The notes: a model not told the origin generated them from the letters alone. Shown: positions 9,695-19,913, counted from the stretch's first letter. The stretch is DNA of 38,730 nt from Dehalococcoidia bacterium (GCA_963577225.1 CAUYZA010000002.1:1-38730); one strand, 5' to 3'. Numbers and translations: made by a program.

Positions 9695-10492
9695 TCAGCG
9701 GCCCTGAAAGCTGGGTTGGCGTTTTTCAATGAAAGCACGGCCGGCCTCGGCCGCGTCCTCCGTGCCGCCGCTGAAGACGTGACGCTGTGCCTCCCGGTCG
9801 AGCAGCTCCGCGAACGAGACGTGGTCTGCGTCATTGAGGTTTTGCTTGATCAGGCCCTGCGTGATCGGAGCGGCGGCTGCCAGTCGCTGGGCGATCTCCT
9901 GCACGCGAGACAGCAGTTCGTCGTTGGCGAAGACGTCGGACACGAGTCCAAGCGACTTCGCCTCCTCGGCGTCGATCGCGGCGGAGAGGTAATAGAGCTC
10001 GCGGGCCTTGGCGGGTCCAACGATGCGCGGCAAGGTCCACGTCCCGCCGAAGTCGCCGGCCAGCCCGGCGTTACTGAAGGCCGTGATGAACTTGGCCGAC
10101 TCGGCCGCGTAGCGCAGATCCGTCGCGCAGGCCCAGGAAAGGCCGGCTCCGGCGGCAGCACCGTTGACGGCGGCGATGGTCACCTTTGGCATTTCGCGGA
10201 GTAGCTGTGACGAGCGCATGTAGGCGCGCAGCACACCGGTGCGACGCACGGCTGGACCGTCACCCAGCGTGCCGGTCGCGGAAAGGTCGCCCCCCGCGCA
10301 GAAGCCACGCCCTTCGCCGGTCAGAATCAGGGCGCGCACATCGTCGTCGGCGGCCGCGTCCTCGATTGCCTGCAAGGTCCCCGCGAGAAGTTCGCCGTTC
10401 ATGGCGTTCAGTTTCTCGGGACGGTTCAGCGTGATCGTGGCGACGCGATCCCGGACTTCGTAGCGAACGACGTCCGCTGTCGATGGGGACAT
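9695..10492 (-). CDS. enoyl-CoA hydratase/isomerase (crotonase) family protein
   Basis: 265 aa from ATG 10492. The track ORF runs on to 10657 through sequence that does not look coding. Motifs ITLNRPEKLNAM and LTGEGRGFCAGGDL are present. Confidence 0.85.
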   Translation of the reverse strand: MSPSTADVVRYEVRDRVATITLNRPEKLNAMNGELLAGTLQAIEDAAADDDVRALILTGEGRGFCAGGDLSATGTLGDGPAVRRTGVLRAYMRSSQLLREMPKVTIAAVNGAAAGAGLSWACATDLRYAAESAKFITAFSNAGLAGDFGGTWTLPRIVGPAKARELYYLSAAIDAEEAKSLGLVSDVFANDELLSRVQEIAQRLAAAAPITQGLIKQNLNDADHVSFAELLDREAQRHVFSGGTEDAAEAGRAFIEKRQPSFQGR

Positions 10493-10643
10493 GCCTGGCT
10501 CCTTCGTGCTGGTGACGCAGGACATGCTACGTCTGATTGCGAGCGCATGCCTTGGGCCGGCACCGGGCCGACTTCCGTTGACCCAGCCACGTCCCGATGA
10601 TCGGGACCGCTCACGTGCGGGTTCGCAAGAGGACCCAAGGAGG

Positions 10644-11099
10644 ATGAATGTGGCCACCGATCAACAACTCGAACTGATGCGTTCGATCCCACTCTTCGCG
10701 GAGGTTGGCAAGCGCGACCTCAAGCGGCTGCCGGAGTCGGCCGTCGTTCGGCAATACGGCCCGGGTGACGAGATCTTCGAAGAGGGTCAGCGAGGCGTTG
10801 GCATGTTCGTCATCGTGCAGGGCGATGTGGAGGCGACACGGCAGGGCACGAAGGTGGCTGATCTCGTGCCCGGCACTTACTTCGGCGAGTTGGCCCTGTT
10901 TGAGGATGTACCCCGCAACGCCACGGTCCGCGCCAAGACCGACGTGACCTGCCTCGTCTTTCGACGCTGGGATTTCCTGGCCGAGCTGCGACATGAGCCG
11001 ACCATGGCGCTGCAGATGTTGGGCACGACGATCCGACGCCTGCGCGATACGACCGAGCAGCTCGTCGCCGCGCAGGGCGGCGTCGTCGACGCGGACTAG
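10644..11099 (+). CDS. cyclic nucleotide-binding domain protein (stand-alone, no HTH)
   Basis: FGELALFEDVPRNATVRA is a cNMP-binding signature. AAGGAGG at 10637-10643 abuts ATG 10644, so GTG 10650 (6-nt spacer) may be the real start. The protein is about 150 aa and has no DNA-binding domain. Confidence 0.8.
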   Translation: MNVATDQQLELMRSIPLFAEVGKRDLKRLPESAVVRQYGPGDEIFEEGQRGVGMFVIVQGDVEATRQGTKVADLVPGTYFGELALFEDVPRNATVRAKTDVTCLVFRRWDFLAELRHEPTMALQMLGTTIRRLRDTTEQLVAAQGGVVDAD

Positions 11100-11175
11100 A
11101 GCGCCGACGACTCTCTGTTCGCTACGGCTAGACTCGGCGCGGAGAGCAGCTGAGTTCCGAGGGGACCGACCTGCC

Positions 11176-12609
11176 ATGTACGAGTTGATCCTTCGCGGCG
11201 GCACCGTCGTGACGCCTACACAGACCGCGGACTACGACATCGGTATCCAGGGCGAGACGATCGCAGCGGTCGCGCAGCCCGGCTCACTCGACGACGAGGG
11301 AGCGCGCGTGATCGACGCCAGCGGCAAGATCGTGTTGCCCGGTGCGATCGAGCCACACGCCCACATCGCGACGCGGGTCAATCTCGAATGGACGGGCCAG
11401 GAGCCCAACGTCTACACTCAATCGCCGGAAGCAGCGAGCCGCGCGGCGCTGTTCGGCGGGGTGACGTCGATCGTCGACTTTGCCCCCGCTGGGCGAGCGG
11501 ACCAGGACGGTAATCGCCCCAGCATCATCGAAGACGTCGAGCTGCGTCGGGCGGTCTTCGAGGGGCACTCCTACGCCGACTTCAGCTTCCACTACATCCT
11601 GACCGGCGACTTCCCCGACGAGACGCTGGCCGGGATCGGCCCAGCCGTGGAGGCGGGGATCGCGTCGTTCAAAATCTTCACAACCTTCGGGGCGCGGGTG
11701 CCGTACGGACGCCTGGCCGACGCCTGTGCCGAGGTTGCGTCGCACGGGGGCATCCTGGCGATCCACGCTGAGGAAGATGAGATCGTCGTGCGCACGCGCG
11801 AACAGCTGATCGCCGACGGGCGCGACGAGGGCTATAACTTGCCGCTCGTGCACAGCAACCTCTCGGAAGATGTCGCCTTTCGCACCGTGATTCGGATCGC
11901 GCGGCATCATGGCGCGGCGATCTATTTCGTTCACGTCACCGCCAAGGAAGGCGTCGCCGCGATTGCGGAGGCGCGCGCCGACGGCCTGCCGGTCTACGGC
12001 GAAGCGCTGCATCACTACCTCCACTTCACCGCCGACGACTACCGCAAGCCCGAGGGCACGACGATCCACACGTACCCGTCGATCAAGTCGGCCGACGACC
12101 GTGACGCCCTCACCGCCGGCCTGCTCGACGGACGGCTGGCCACCACCGCGACCGATGAGTACACGACCTCTAAGGCGATCAAGCTGTCTGGCAACACGCT
12201 GGAGACCGTCTGCGGAGGGCACAACGGGATTGAGACCCGGGTCCCTGTCGCCTTCACGAAGCTGGTGCATGAGCGCGGGATGAGTCTCAATCGCTTCGCC
12301 GACGTCGTCTCCAGCAACGCGGCGCGCATTCTGGGCATGTACCCGCAGAAGGGGGCGATCCAGCCCGGCAGCGATGCCGACTTCGTTCTGCTCGACCCCG
12401 ACGACCAGCGCACGATCCGGCTCGACGACCTCCACGCCGACTCGGACTACTCGATCTGGGACGGCTTTGAGACGCGCGGTTACCCCGTCACCACAATTTT
12501 GCGCGGCAAAGTCGTGGTGCAGGAGGGGGAGCTGTTGGGCTCCGTCGACGATGGGCGCTGGCTGGCGCGTCGGGTCGACCCGGCGGTGTTGGCGGGGCCG
12601 GTCGTCTAG
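11176..12609 (+). CDS. dihydropyrimidinase / D-hydantoinase family cyclic amidohydrolase
   Basis: 477 aa from ATG 11176. It has LPGAIEPHAHI (HxH), SFKIFT (candidate carbamylated Lys) and AIHAEEDE. The upstream part of track ORF 10993.. overlaps the previous gene. Confidence 0.85.
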   Translation: MYELILRGGTVVTPTQTADYDIGIQGETIAAVAQPGSLDDEGARVIDASGKIVLPGAIEPHAHIATRVNLEWTGQEPNVYTQSPEAASRAALFGGVTSIVDFAPAGRADQDGNRPSIIEDVELRRAVFEGHSYADFSFHYILTGDFPDETLAGIGPAVEAGIASFKIFTTFGARVPYGRLADACAEVASHGGILAIHAEEDEIVVRTREQLIADGRDEGYNLPLVHSNLSEDVAFRTVIRIARHHGAAIYFVHVTAKEGVAAIAEARADGLPVYGEALHHYLHFTADDYRKPEGTTIHTYPSIKSADDRDALTAGLLDGRLATTATDEYTTSKAIKLSGNTLETVCGGHNGIETRVPVAFTKLVHERGMSLNRFADVVSSNAARILGMYPQKGAIQPGSDADFVLLDPDDQRTIRLDDLHADSDYSIWDGFETRGYPVTTILRGKVVVQEGELLGSVDDGRWLARRVDPAVLAGPVV

Positions 12610-12627
12610 GGCGCGTACGCTGAGACC

Positions 12628-13728
12628 ATGGCGGCAGAACTGATCGACGAGTTGACGGCCCGCACGAAGTACTGGCATCGCCTGGCCGACGGCCGCGTCC
12701 AGTGCGACCTCTGTCCGCGCGCCTGCGCGCTACGGGACGGCCAACGCGGCTTCTGTTTCATCCGCGCCGCGCAAGACGGCGAGGTCGTGCTGACCTCGTA
12801 CGGGCGGGCGAGCGGGTACTGCGTCGACCCGATCGAGAAGAAACCACTCAACCACTTCTTGCCCGGCAGTGCGGTGCTTTCGTTCGGCACAGCGGGTTGC
12901 AACCTGGGCTGCAAGTTCTGCCAGAACTGGGATATCAGCAAATCGCGCGAGTGGGACACGCTGGCCGATCAGGCGTCACCGCGACTGATCGCCGACGCCG
13001 CGCGGGAGCTCGATTGCCGCAGCGTCGCCTTCACCTACAATGACCCCGTCATCTTCCACGAGTACGCGATCGACGTCGCCGACGCGTGCCGAGCGTCGGG
13101 CGTGAAGGCGGTGGCCGTGACGGCGGGCTACGTCTGCGCCGAACCACGCGCCGAGTTCTATCACCACATCGACGCGGTGAACGTCGACCTCAAAGCGTTC
13201 GACGACGAGTTCTACGAGTCCGTCAGTTTCGCCGCGCTCCAGCCGGTGTTGGAGACGCTGGAGTATGTCCGGCATCAAACGTCGACCTGGCTGGAGATCA
13301 CGACGTTGCTAATCCCCGGGCTGAACGACTCAGCCCAGGAGATCGATCAGCTCACCGACTGGATTCGCGACCACCTGGGCCCGGACGTCCCGCTGCACTT
13401 CACTGCTTTCCACCCCGATTGGAAGATGCTGGACCGTCCGCCCACTCCGGCCTCGACGCTGGTCGAAGCCCAACGCATTGGCCGCGCGAATGGGCTGCGC
13501 TACGTCTACACCGGCAACGTGCCCACCGCCGAGGGAGGCGAAACGCGCTGCCACGAGTGCGACGCCCTCCTGATCGACCGGCGATCCTACGACATCACCT
13601 CCTGGGAACTGGCTGAGGGAGGCGTCTGCCCACAGTGCGGGACGACCTGCGCGGGGGTGTTTGAGTCTCAGCCCGGAACCTGGGGCTCGCGACGCCTGCC
13701 GGTGCGGCTTTCCGACTTCGGTCGCTAA
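12628..13728 (+). CDS. amrS: AmmeMemoRadiSam system radical SAM enzyme
   Basis: 366 aa. The N-terminal segment YWHRLADGRVQCDLCPRACALRDGQRGFCFIR, then DPIEKKPLNHFLPGSAVLSFGTAGCNLGCKFCQNWDIS (CxxxCxxC), match the amrS family as I remember it, rather than a PFL-activase. Confidence 0.8.
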   Translation: MAAELIDELTARTKYWHRLADGRVQCDLCPRACALRDGQRGFCFIRAAQDGEVVLTSYGRASGYCVDPIEKKPLNHFLPGSAVLSFGTAGCNLGCKFCQNWDISKSREWDTLADQASPRLIADAARELDCRSVAFTYNDPVIFHEYAIDVADACRASGVKAVAVTAGYVCAEPRAEFYHHIDAVNVDLKAFDDEFYESVSFAALQPVLETLEYVRHQTSTWLEITTLLIPGLNDSAQEIDQLTDWIRDHLGPDVPLHFTAFHPDWKMLDRPPTPASTLVEAQRIGRANGLRYVYTGNVPTAEGGETRCHECDALLIDRRSYDITSWELAEGGVCPQCGTTCAGVFESQPGTWGSRRLPVRLSDFGR

Positions 13729-13743
13729 GCCTCTCACGGAAGG

Positions 13744-15012
13744 CTACAGCTCGCGTGTGACGCCCTCTGCGACGAGGCCGTCGATGGCGCCATCGTCGAA
13801 GCCCAGGCTCGCGAGGATCGGTCGCGCCTCGCTGGCAAAGGGGGGTGTCGCTGGGCCGGGCTGAAAGCCGCTGTGGTCCATCCAGACTGGTGGGGCGAGT
13901 AGTCGCACGTTGCCCAGGATGGGGTGCGGCAGATCGTGAAACATGTCGTTGGCCCGCGGCTGCTCATCTTCGAACAGTTCCATCGGAAGTTTGACGTCCG
14001 ACACCGGCACACCAGCCTCGACCAGCACCGCCTGCCACTCGGCCGTCGGCCGCGCGCCGATCGTTCGCTCCGCCGTTTCCCGCAGCGCCTCGTAATGCTC
14101 CTCGTACTGCTCCGGGTGCTCCGCCTCCAGATGTGGATCTTCGAGCCCGATGGCCTTGATGAAGCGCGTGCGCAGGCCATGGCTGCCGCAGGCGATCGCG
14201 ATCCAGCCGTCCGCGGTCGAGTAGGTGCGGAAGTAGACCTTGAGCATGGGCGAGGGACGAGTGGAGGGCAGGGTGGCGCGCTGGGCGTCGTAGGAGGCGC
14301 TGTCCGCGCGTAGCTGGGAGAGTTTGCCGAGCGCCTCTTCCTGGATCGGTCCGTCGACGCCGTCGACGCGCAGCATCTGATTGTTGTTCAGCGTCAGCGC
14401 CGCTTGCATCAGCGACATGTGGACCTGGCCACCCTTGCCGGTTCGCTCGCGCCGCAGCAGCGCCGCGCTGATGCCGAAGGCGAGCGACATCGCGCACATG
14501 TAGTCCGCCGCGACGGGGTCGCCTGGCACCGGCCGGCCTTCCGTGGTGCGTCCATTCGCCACCATCAGCCCGCTGCGTGCCTGGACGACGATGTCCATGC
14601 CCGGCAGCCCGGCGTCCGGTCCATAGCGTCCGAACGGCGTGACCTCGCCCGTGATCAGGCGCGGGTATTCGCGCGTCAGCGTGTCGGGGTCCAGTCCTAG
14701 ATCCTCGGCCAGCCCGGGGCGGAAGTTCATCAAAGCGACGTCGGCCTCGCCCAGGAGGGCGGCGATGACCTGCTTCGCACCAGGCTCTCGCAGCGCCAGC
14801 GGTAGGGACTGCTTACCGCGATTGCGGGAGAGGTAGGTGCGCGTCTCGCCCGGCGCAAGTTGGCCCAGGCGCCGTACGGGGTCGCCCTCGAGCGTCTCGA
14901 TCTTGATCACCCGCGCGCCGCCCTCCGCCAGCAACTGGGCGCAGAAGGGGACGGCGATGAACTGACCGAACTCGACGACGGTGACGCCGTCGAATGGCTG
15001 CTTGGGTGTCAT
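13744..15012 (-). CDS. family III CoA-transferase (CaiB/BaiF)
   Basis: 422 aa, ATG 15012 with GGGAGG upstream. GVTVVEFGQFIAVPFCAQLLAEGGARVIKIE is the typical N-terminal signature. Confidence 0.85.
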   Translation of the reverse strand: MTPKQPFDGVTVVEFGQFIAVPFCAQLLAEGGARVIKIETLEGDPVRRLGQLAPGETRTYLSRNRGKQSLPLALREPGAKQVIAALLGEADVALMNFRPGLAEDLGLDPDTLTREYPRLITGEVTPFGRYGPDAGLPGMDIVVQARSGLMVANGRTTEGRPVPGDPVAADYMCAMSLAFGISAALLRRERTGKGGQVHMSLMQAALTLNNNQMLRVDGVDGPIQEEALGKLSQLRADSASYDAQRATLPSTRPSPMLKVYFRTYSTADGWIAIACGSHGLRTRFIKAIGLEDPHLEAEHPEQYEEHYEALRETAERTIGARPTAEWQAVLVEAGVPVSDVKLPMELFEDEQPRANDMFHDLPHPILGNVRLLAPPVWMDHSGFQPGPATPPFASEARPILASLGFDDGAIDGLVAEGVTREL

Positions 15013-15094
15013 CTTGCGGTTGCCTCCCTCAGGGCTCAGTGCCGGGCCGTCGTGGCCGCGTTCCAGGCTACGTCAGTTCTCGCTCGAAGGGCCA

Positions 15095-16747
15095 TCAAGC
15101 CTGGTAGCCCGTCTCGACCTGCCCATCGCCGCCGGAGAATCCCATCGGCACGCCATCGGCGCGCCAGCAGGCAGCCCCCTCGATCCGACCATCGGGATGG
15201 CGGAGCAGGCCGTTCATGCCTCCGGCGACGGTGTAGACCTGCGCAACCGGGTGCTCGCGCCGCTCCATCTCACGTTGCAACTGCGAGACATCGTCGAAGC
15301 CCTGTTCCAGTTCCAGACCGCGGCCCCAGAGTCCAGGGGCCTCGACGGCCTCTTGCAAGCTCATCCCGTACGCCAGGACGTTGATCAGGCCCTGTGCGAC
15401 CACGCCGAAGATGCGCAGGCCGCCTGGCGTGCCCAACGCCATCACCGACTGCCCGTCGCGCGTGACAATCACCGGCGACATCGAGGAGAGGATGCGCTTC
15501 CCCGCTGCGATCGAATTGGTCCGGCCGGGCACGGGATCCATGAGTTGCATGCAGTTGTTGAGCAGCACGCCCGTGCCCGGCACCGTCACCTTCGAGCCGA
15601 AGGCGTAGTGGATGGTGTTGGTCGTGGAGACGACGTTGCCTTCGCTGTCCATGGCGGTGCAGTGAGTGGTGGAATTCCCCTCCGGCGCAGGCGTGCCGGC
15701 GCCGTAGTCGCCCGAGCGGGCTAGATCGATTTCGGCTCCGCGTTCGGCGGCGTAGCCGTCGGACGTGAGCCACTCGAGGGGAACGGGTGTCGTCAGTGGA
15801 TCGGCCATGTAGCGGAAGCGATCGGCGAAGGCGATCTTCATCGCCTCGGCCGTCGCGTGGACGGCGTCGGGATGGCCGAAGCCGAGCGATGGAATGTCGA
15901 AACCCTCCAGGATCTTGAGCATCTGGATGATGTGGGCGGGCCCGGAGGAGGGTGGTGGCGGCCCCGTAATCTCGTGTCCGAAGACGGTTCCCCGCACTGG
16001 CTCCCGCTCGACGATCTGGTACCCGGCGATGTCGTCCGTCGTGACCAGGCCACCGTTGGCGCTCATGTCGGCGGCGATCGCCTCACCCAGCGGCCCGTCG
16101 TAGAGGTAGTCGGGGCCTTGCTGCACGATCGATTCGAGTGTCTGTGCGTACTGCTCGCGCTGGATTAGGTCGCCGACTTCGGGCACGTGGCCGTTCGCCA
16201 AGAAGACTGCCGCACTGTCCGGGTAGCGCTCGAGCAGAGGCCGGCTGTTCGCGATCACCCCGCGTAGGTAGGGGGAGACGCGGAAGCCGTCGCGCGCGAA
16301 GCGGATCGCCGGCGGCGCCACCTCCGCCAGGCTGAGCCGTCCGTAACGCTCGATCGCGGCCGACCAGCCCTTCAGCGTTCCGCCGACGGCCACCGCGCGG
16401 TGGCCGAGCGCGTTGGCTTCGTCCCGCACCGCGTGATCCAGGCTGTCGGGGACGGGCTCAAACATGTCAGGCGTCGCGGCGTTGGGGACGGTGGCGTAGT
16501 TGTCGATCACCGTGCTGCGGCCGTCGGCCAGGCGGATGTTGACGAACCCGGCGCCGAAGATCGACACCATCATCGGCTCGACGACGGTCAGGGCGAACAT
16601 CGTCGCCATGGCGGAATCCACGGCGTTGCCACCCCGCAGCAGAGTTTCGTTGTCCGCCAGGGAGGCCAACGGGTGATTCGAAGTCACCATCCCGCGCGTG
16701 GCGTAGGCGGCCTCTTTCCGAGTTGTGCCGCTGCCGCGTTCCAACAT
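15095..16747 (-). CDS. ggt: gamma-glutamyltransferase family protein, no signal peptide
   Basis: 550 aa from ATG 16747. GNSTTHCTAMDSEGNVVSTTNTI contains the autoprocessing Thr region. The N-terminus MLERGSGTTRKEAAYATRGMVTSNHPLAS is not hydrophobic. Confidence 0.85.
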   Translation of the reverse strand: MLERGSGTTRKEAAYATRGMVTSNHPLASLADNETLLRGGNAVDSAMATMFALTVVEPMMVSIFGAGFVNIRLADGRSTVIDNYATVPNAATPDMFEPVPDSLDHAVRDEANALGHRAVAVGGTLKGWSAAIERYGRLSLAEVAPPAIRFARDGFRVSPYLRGVIANSRPLLERYPDSAAVFLANGHVPEVGDLIQREQYAQTLESIVQQGPDYLYDGPLGEAIAADMSANGGLVTTDDIAGYQIVEREPVRGTVFGHEITGPPPPSSGPAHIIQMLKILEGFDIPSLGFGHPDAVHATAEAMKIAFADRFRYMADPLTTPVPLEWLTSDGYAAERGAEIDLARSGDYGAGTPAPEGNSTTHCTAMDSEGNVVSTTNTIHYAFGSKVTVPGTGVLLNNCMQLMDPVPGRTNSIAAGKRILSSMSPVIVTRDGQSVMALGTPGGLRIFGVVAQGLINVLAYGMSLQEAVEAPGLWGRGLELEQGFDDVSQLQREMERREHPVAQVYTVAGGMNGLLRHPDGRIEGAACWRADGVPMGFSGGDGQVETGYQA

Positions 16748-16874
16748 CGCCGATTCGACCTCCCGCGAGAGTCTACCGGCCTTCCACGATGGCCCTTGCG
16801 CACCCCCTGGGGAGCGGCCGATGATCAAGGGGCATGCCCGAGCCAGCGAGCGTCGGGCGCGCCGGGAGGCCCAC

Positions 16875-17815
16875 ATGCGTCGAGTCGCGTTCGTGTTCCT
16901 GATCGCTCTGCTGACGTTGCTTCCCCTGACTTTGGCGGCGCAGGCTCTCTCCCCACATAAGTTCTACGGCAGTGCCGATGTCGGCTCGCCCGCGCTGCTC
17001 AATGGCGCGGCGGCGGCCGACGGCACCACCTAATCGCGGTCAACCAGGACGGACAGGCGGTCGGCCGCGGTGTCGTGACCAACGGCACATGGGCCGTCGA
17101 CGTCGACCCGCTCTCGGCGCGGACCGTGTACTTCGTGATCGGTGCCTCGTCCGGCAGCGCGCTATACGCGGTCGAAGGTGGTGGCTTCACGGAGGTCACC
17201 CTCTCGCTCAGCGGGAGCAGCTCGAACGCCACCATCGCGATCCGGCCCGGCTGGGAGCAATACACGATTCAGTCGGGCGACAGCCTACTTACGATCGCCG
17301 AGCGTTTCGAGCTGACCGAGGCAGAGGTATTGGAGCGCACCCCGCAGATCGCCGACGCTCACAACATCCAGTTCGGCCAAGTCATCTTCCTGCGGCAGCT
17401 GCGGTCGACCGACGTGGCTCCGGCGCCCATCGAAGAGCCGGTCTCACCGTTGTCCGAATCGTCAGGGCCTTCCGAACTGGACCTGGCGAACACGCTGCGG
17501 TCAGCTCTCGCAGCGCCTGTCCTGCCGGATACGGCGGCTGCGGACGCGATCGACGGCGGCGGAACCAACACGACGCTTCTGCTCGTCGGCGGCCTCGTTG
17601 TCATGCTGGTGGGTAGCTTCGGCGTGTGGTGGTGGCGTGCAAGCCGCCCCGACGCCGAGCCCGATGCGTGGGATGCGCACAAAGAGGTGCCGATCGTGGC
17701 CGATCATGTGGTTGAAGACGAGCCGGTCTGGCATGTCGAAAATCGCACCGGCATCGCCGCCTCGTTCCGCCCGGAGCCGTCCGTCGCTGAGCGGGTGAAC
17801 TCCCAGATCGACTAG
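16875..17815 (+). pseudogene. secreted LysM-domain protein with C-terminal TM segment, split by a 1-nt frameshift as assembled
   Basis: ORF 16875..17033 (ATG after GGGAGG) begins MRRVAFVFLIALLTLLPLTLAAQA, a signal peptide, and ends ...AAADGTT-stop. The next frame reads (HH)LIAVNQDGQAVGRGVVTNGTWAVDV and continues as track ORF 17075..17815. That ORF holds the LysM segment YTIQSGDSLLTIAERFELTEAEVLERTPQIADAHNIQFGQVIFL and the TM segment LLLVGGLVVMLVGSFGVWWW. Confidence 0.7.
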
Positions 17816-17837
17816 AGCTCCCGCCAGCCGCGATCGC

Positions 17838-18916
17838 CTACGACGTGAGCTCGATGTCGCCGAAGGCGCCGAACAGGCTGCTGCCGTCCACGATGGTCAC
17901 CTCCGACGGGTCCGGCACAGCGGCGCGAATCGCCTCGCCGAAGCCAAACAGCTCGTAGACCAATTCGAACCGAACGGGGACATCGTCGATCTCGTCGCTG
18001 AATCCCAGCGAGAAGCGACGGACGCGCTCGTCTGCATCGACCCAGACGCTGATCGGTAGTTCGCTCAAGCCGCCCGGGATGTCCAGGAAGGCATTGGCGG
18101 TGCTGAATGGGTCCAGTCCTTCCCCGGCCGACGTTTCGGCAGCGGTCAGTAAGTCGAAGATGCCGTCGTAGCGAGTCGTCTCGACCCCGTCCCACGAATC
18201 GCTGCCGGTCTCGCGCAAGTCGAAGAGAGCGTCGAACGTCCCCAGATATCGCCCCGGCGCGACGAACCCCTCCAGGCCGGGAAGCTCTGTCGAATCCGTG
18301 GCCTCGATCTCTTCGAACGCCACCCAGTCCGTGGACGCGCCGAAGAGCTCGGCGAACAGAGGCCAACGCAGGTACAACGTGGTGCCGTCGATCACGAAGC
18401 TGATCGGCTCGTCGCCGAACAGGGCCAGGGCCCCGCCCAGGTTGCCGACCCCTTCCTGCGCGGAGCCGAGCGCCTCGAACAGCGCTCCGAAGTCCAGCTC
18501 CATCTCCACCAGACCGGCCTCGCCGTCGACGGCGCCACTGCCGCCCAGCGTCACTTCGCCCGGCAGCTCGGCAACGCCATCGAGCGTGATCGACCAGCGG
18601 AAGCGGTACGAGCTCTCCTCGATGGTGGTTCGGGCGGAGGCCGCAACGAACTGGGTGGTGGTGGTGCGGGCGGACGTTCTGGGGCGCGATTCGCCGTCGG
18701 AGTTGTTGGCTAGACGGAGCCCGTGTCGGGGGCTGTGCTGGCAGCGGCGTCGCTGTCAGCGTCATCGACGGCGCCAGTGGCCTGGGCCGACCCAGCCTGT
18801 TCGGCCAGGGCAGCGCTCGTTGCCTCGTCGGATTCGCTTGGGGCGTCTCCGGAACAGGCGGCCAGCGCCAACGCGGCGATCAGCAAGGTGAGCAGGACGA
18901 ACGGTATGCGGCGCAT
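17838..18916 (-). pseudogene. lipoprotein of unknown function, split by a 1-nt frameshift as assembled
   Basis: ORF 18710..18916 begins MRRIPFVLLTLLIAALALAAC (good lipobox, GGGAG upstream) and stops at TAG 18710. The frame of track ORF 17838..18554 is open and GC3-rich upstream to about 18709, reading ANNSDGESRPRTSARTTTTQFVAASARTTIEESSYRFRWSITLDGVAELPGE, with no start codon of its own. Confidence 0.65.
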
Positions 18917-19078
18917 CAATCGACTCCCAACGAGACGGCTGGTCTCGCTTCATTGTCGACGTGAGGCCCCACCCACTGCAGACGATGTCAGCGGGTGGGC
19001 CCTCCGGGGGGCTCGGTCGCAAGCGCTACCATCCTGCGGTTGAGTCAGTTGCCCAACGCGAGAGGCTGGAGGACAGGG

Positions 19079-19888
19079 ATGAGCTACGAAACGATCTTGG
19101 TGGAGCGCCGGGGCCAGACCGAGGGCATCCTCTGGATCACCTTGAACCGGCCGGACCGGCTCAACGCATTGGTCTCGGAGCTCTATGCCGAACTGAACGA
19201 AGTGGTTTGGGCGGCGCGCGACGACCGTAGCGTGCGCTGCATCGTGATCACGGGCGCGGGGCGCGGGTTCTGCGCGGGCGCCGATCACAAGGAGCGTGGC
19301 GACCAGGCTCCGCCCGGCGGCGGACCGGACCTGGAGCACGGCCGGCAGCGGTTGATCCGCAACGCGCAGGCGCTGATCAATTTGCGCCGGATCGACGTGC
19401 CGGTCATCGCCTCGATCAACGGTGTCTGCGTGGGTGCGGGGTTCGACTTGGCTTGTCTCTGCGACATGGTGGTGGGCTCCACCGCCGCGCGCTATCAGGT
19501 CGCCTACGCCAAGCGGGGCCTCTACCCGGACATGGGCGGCTTCTGGAGCATCCCGCGCGCGATTGGTTGGAAGAAGGCCATCGAAATGATGACGACGGGC
19601 CGCTTCATGTCGGCAGAGGAAGCGCATGAGGCCGGGCTGACCAACTACCTGGTGGAGCCGGAGGACCTGGAGTCGAAGACGATGGAGCTGGCTGAGATGG
19701 TCGAAGCGGCGCCACCGATCGGCGTCAAGCTGGCCAAGCACCTCGCCTCGCGCACGCAGTACATGGATTTCGAGACCGCCATCGATTGGTCGGCGGGCAC
19801 GGTTGGGGTGGTCGGGCTGTCGCAGGACCGCGAGGAGGGCGTGCGATCGTTCGTCGAGAAGCGTGAGCCTGAGTTCCAGGGCCGCTAG
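19079..19888 (+). CDS. enoyl-CoA hydratase/isomerase (crotonase) family protein
   Basis: 269 aa from ATG 19079 with GGAGGA upstream. Motifs ITLNRPDRLNAL and ITGAGRGFCAGADH are present. Confidence 0.85.
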   Translation: MSYETILVERRGQTEGILWITLNRPDRLNALVSELYAELNEVVWAARDDRSVRCIVITGAGRGFCAGADHKERGDQAPPGGGPDLEHGRQRLIRNAQALINLRRIDVPVIASINGVCVGAGFDLACLCDMVVGSTAARYQVAYAKRGLYPDMGGFWSIPRAIGWKKAIEMMTTGRFMSAEEAHEAGLTNYLVEPEDLESKTMELAEMVEAAPPIGVKLAKHLASRTQYMDFETAIDWSAGTVGVVGLSQDREEGVRSFVEKREPEFQGR

Positions 19889-19913
19889 ATTCGAGGCGTC
19901 GATATCCAGTCCG

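Noticed and set aside
12628-13728. Calling the radical SAM protein a pyruvate formate-lyase activating enzyme.
   Set aside because: The N-terminal Cys-rich YW...C.LCP..C segment and DPIEKKPLNHF..GS fit the AmmeMemoRadiSam subfamily as I remember it. No glycyl-radical enzyme gene is nearby.
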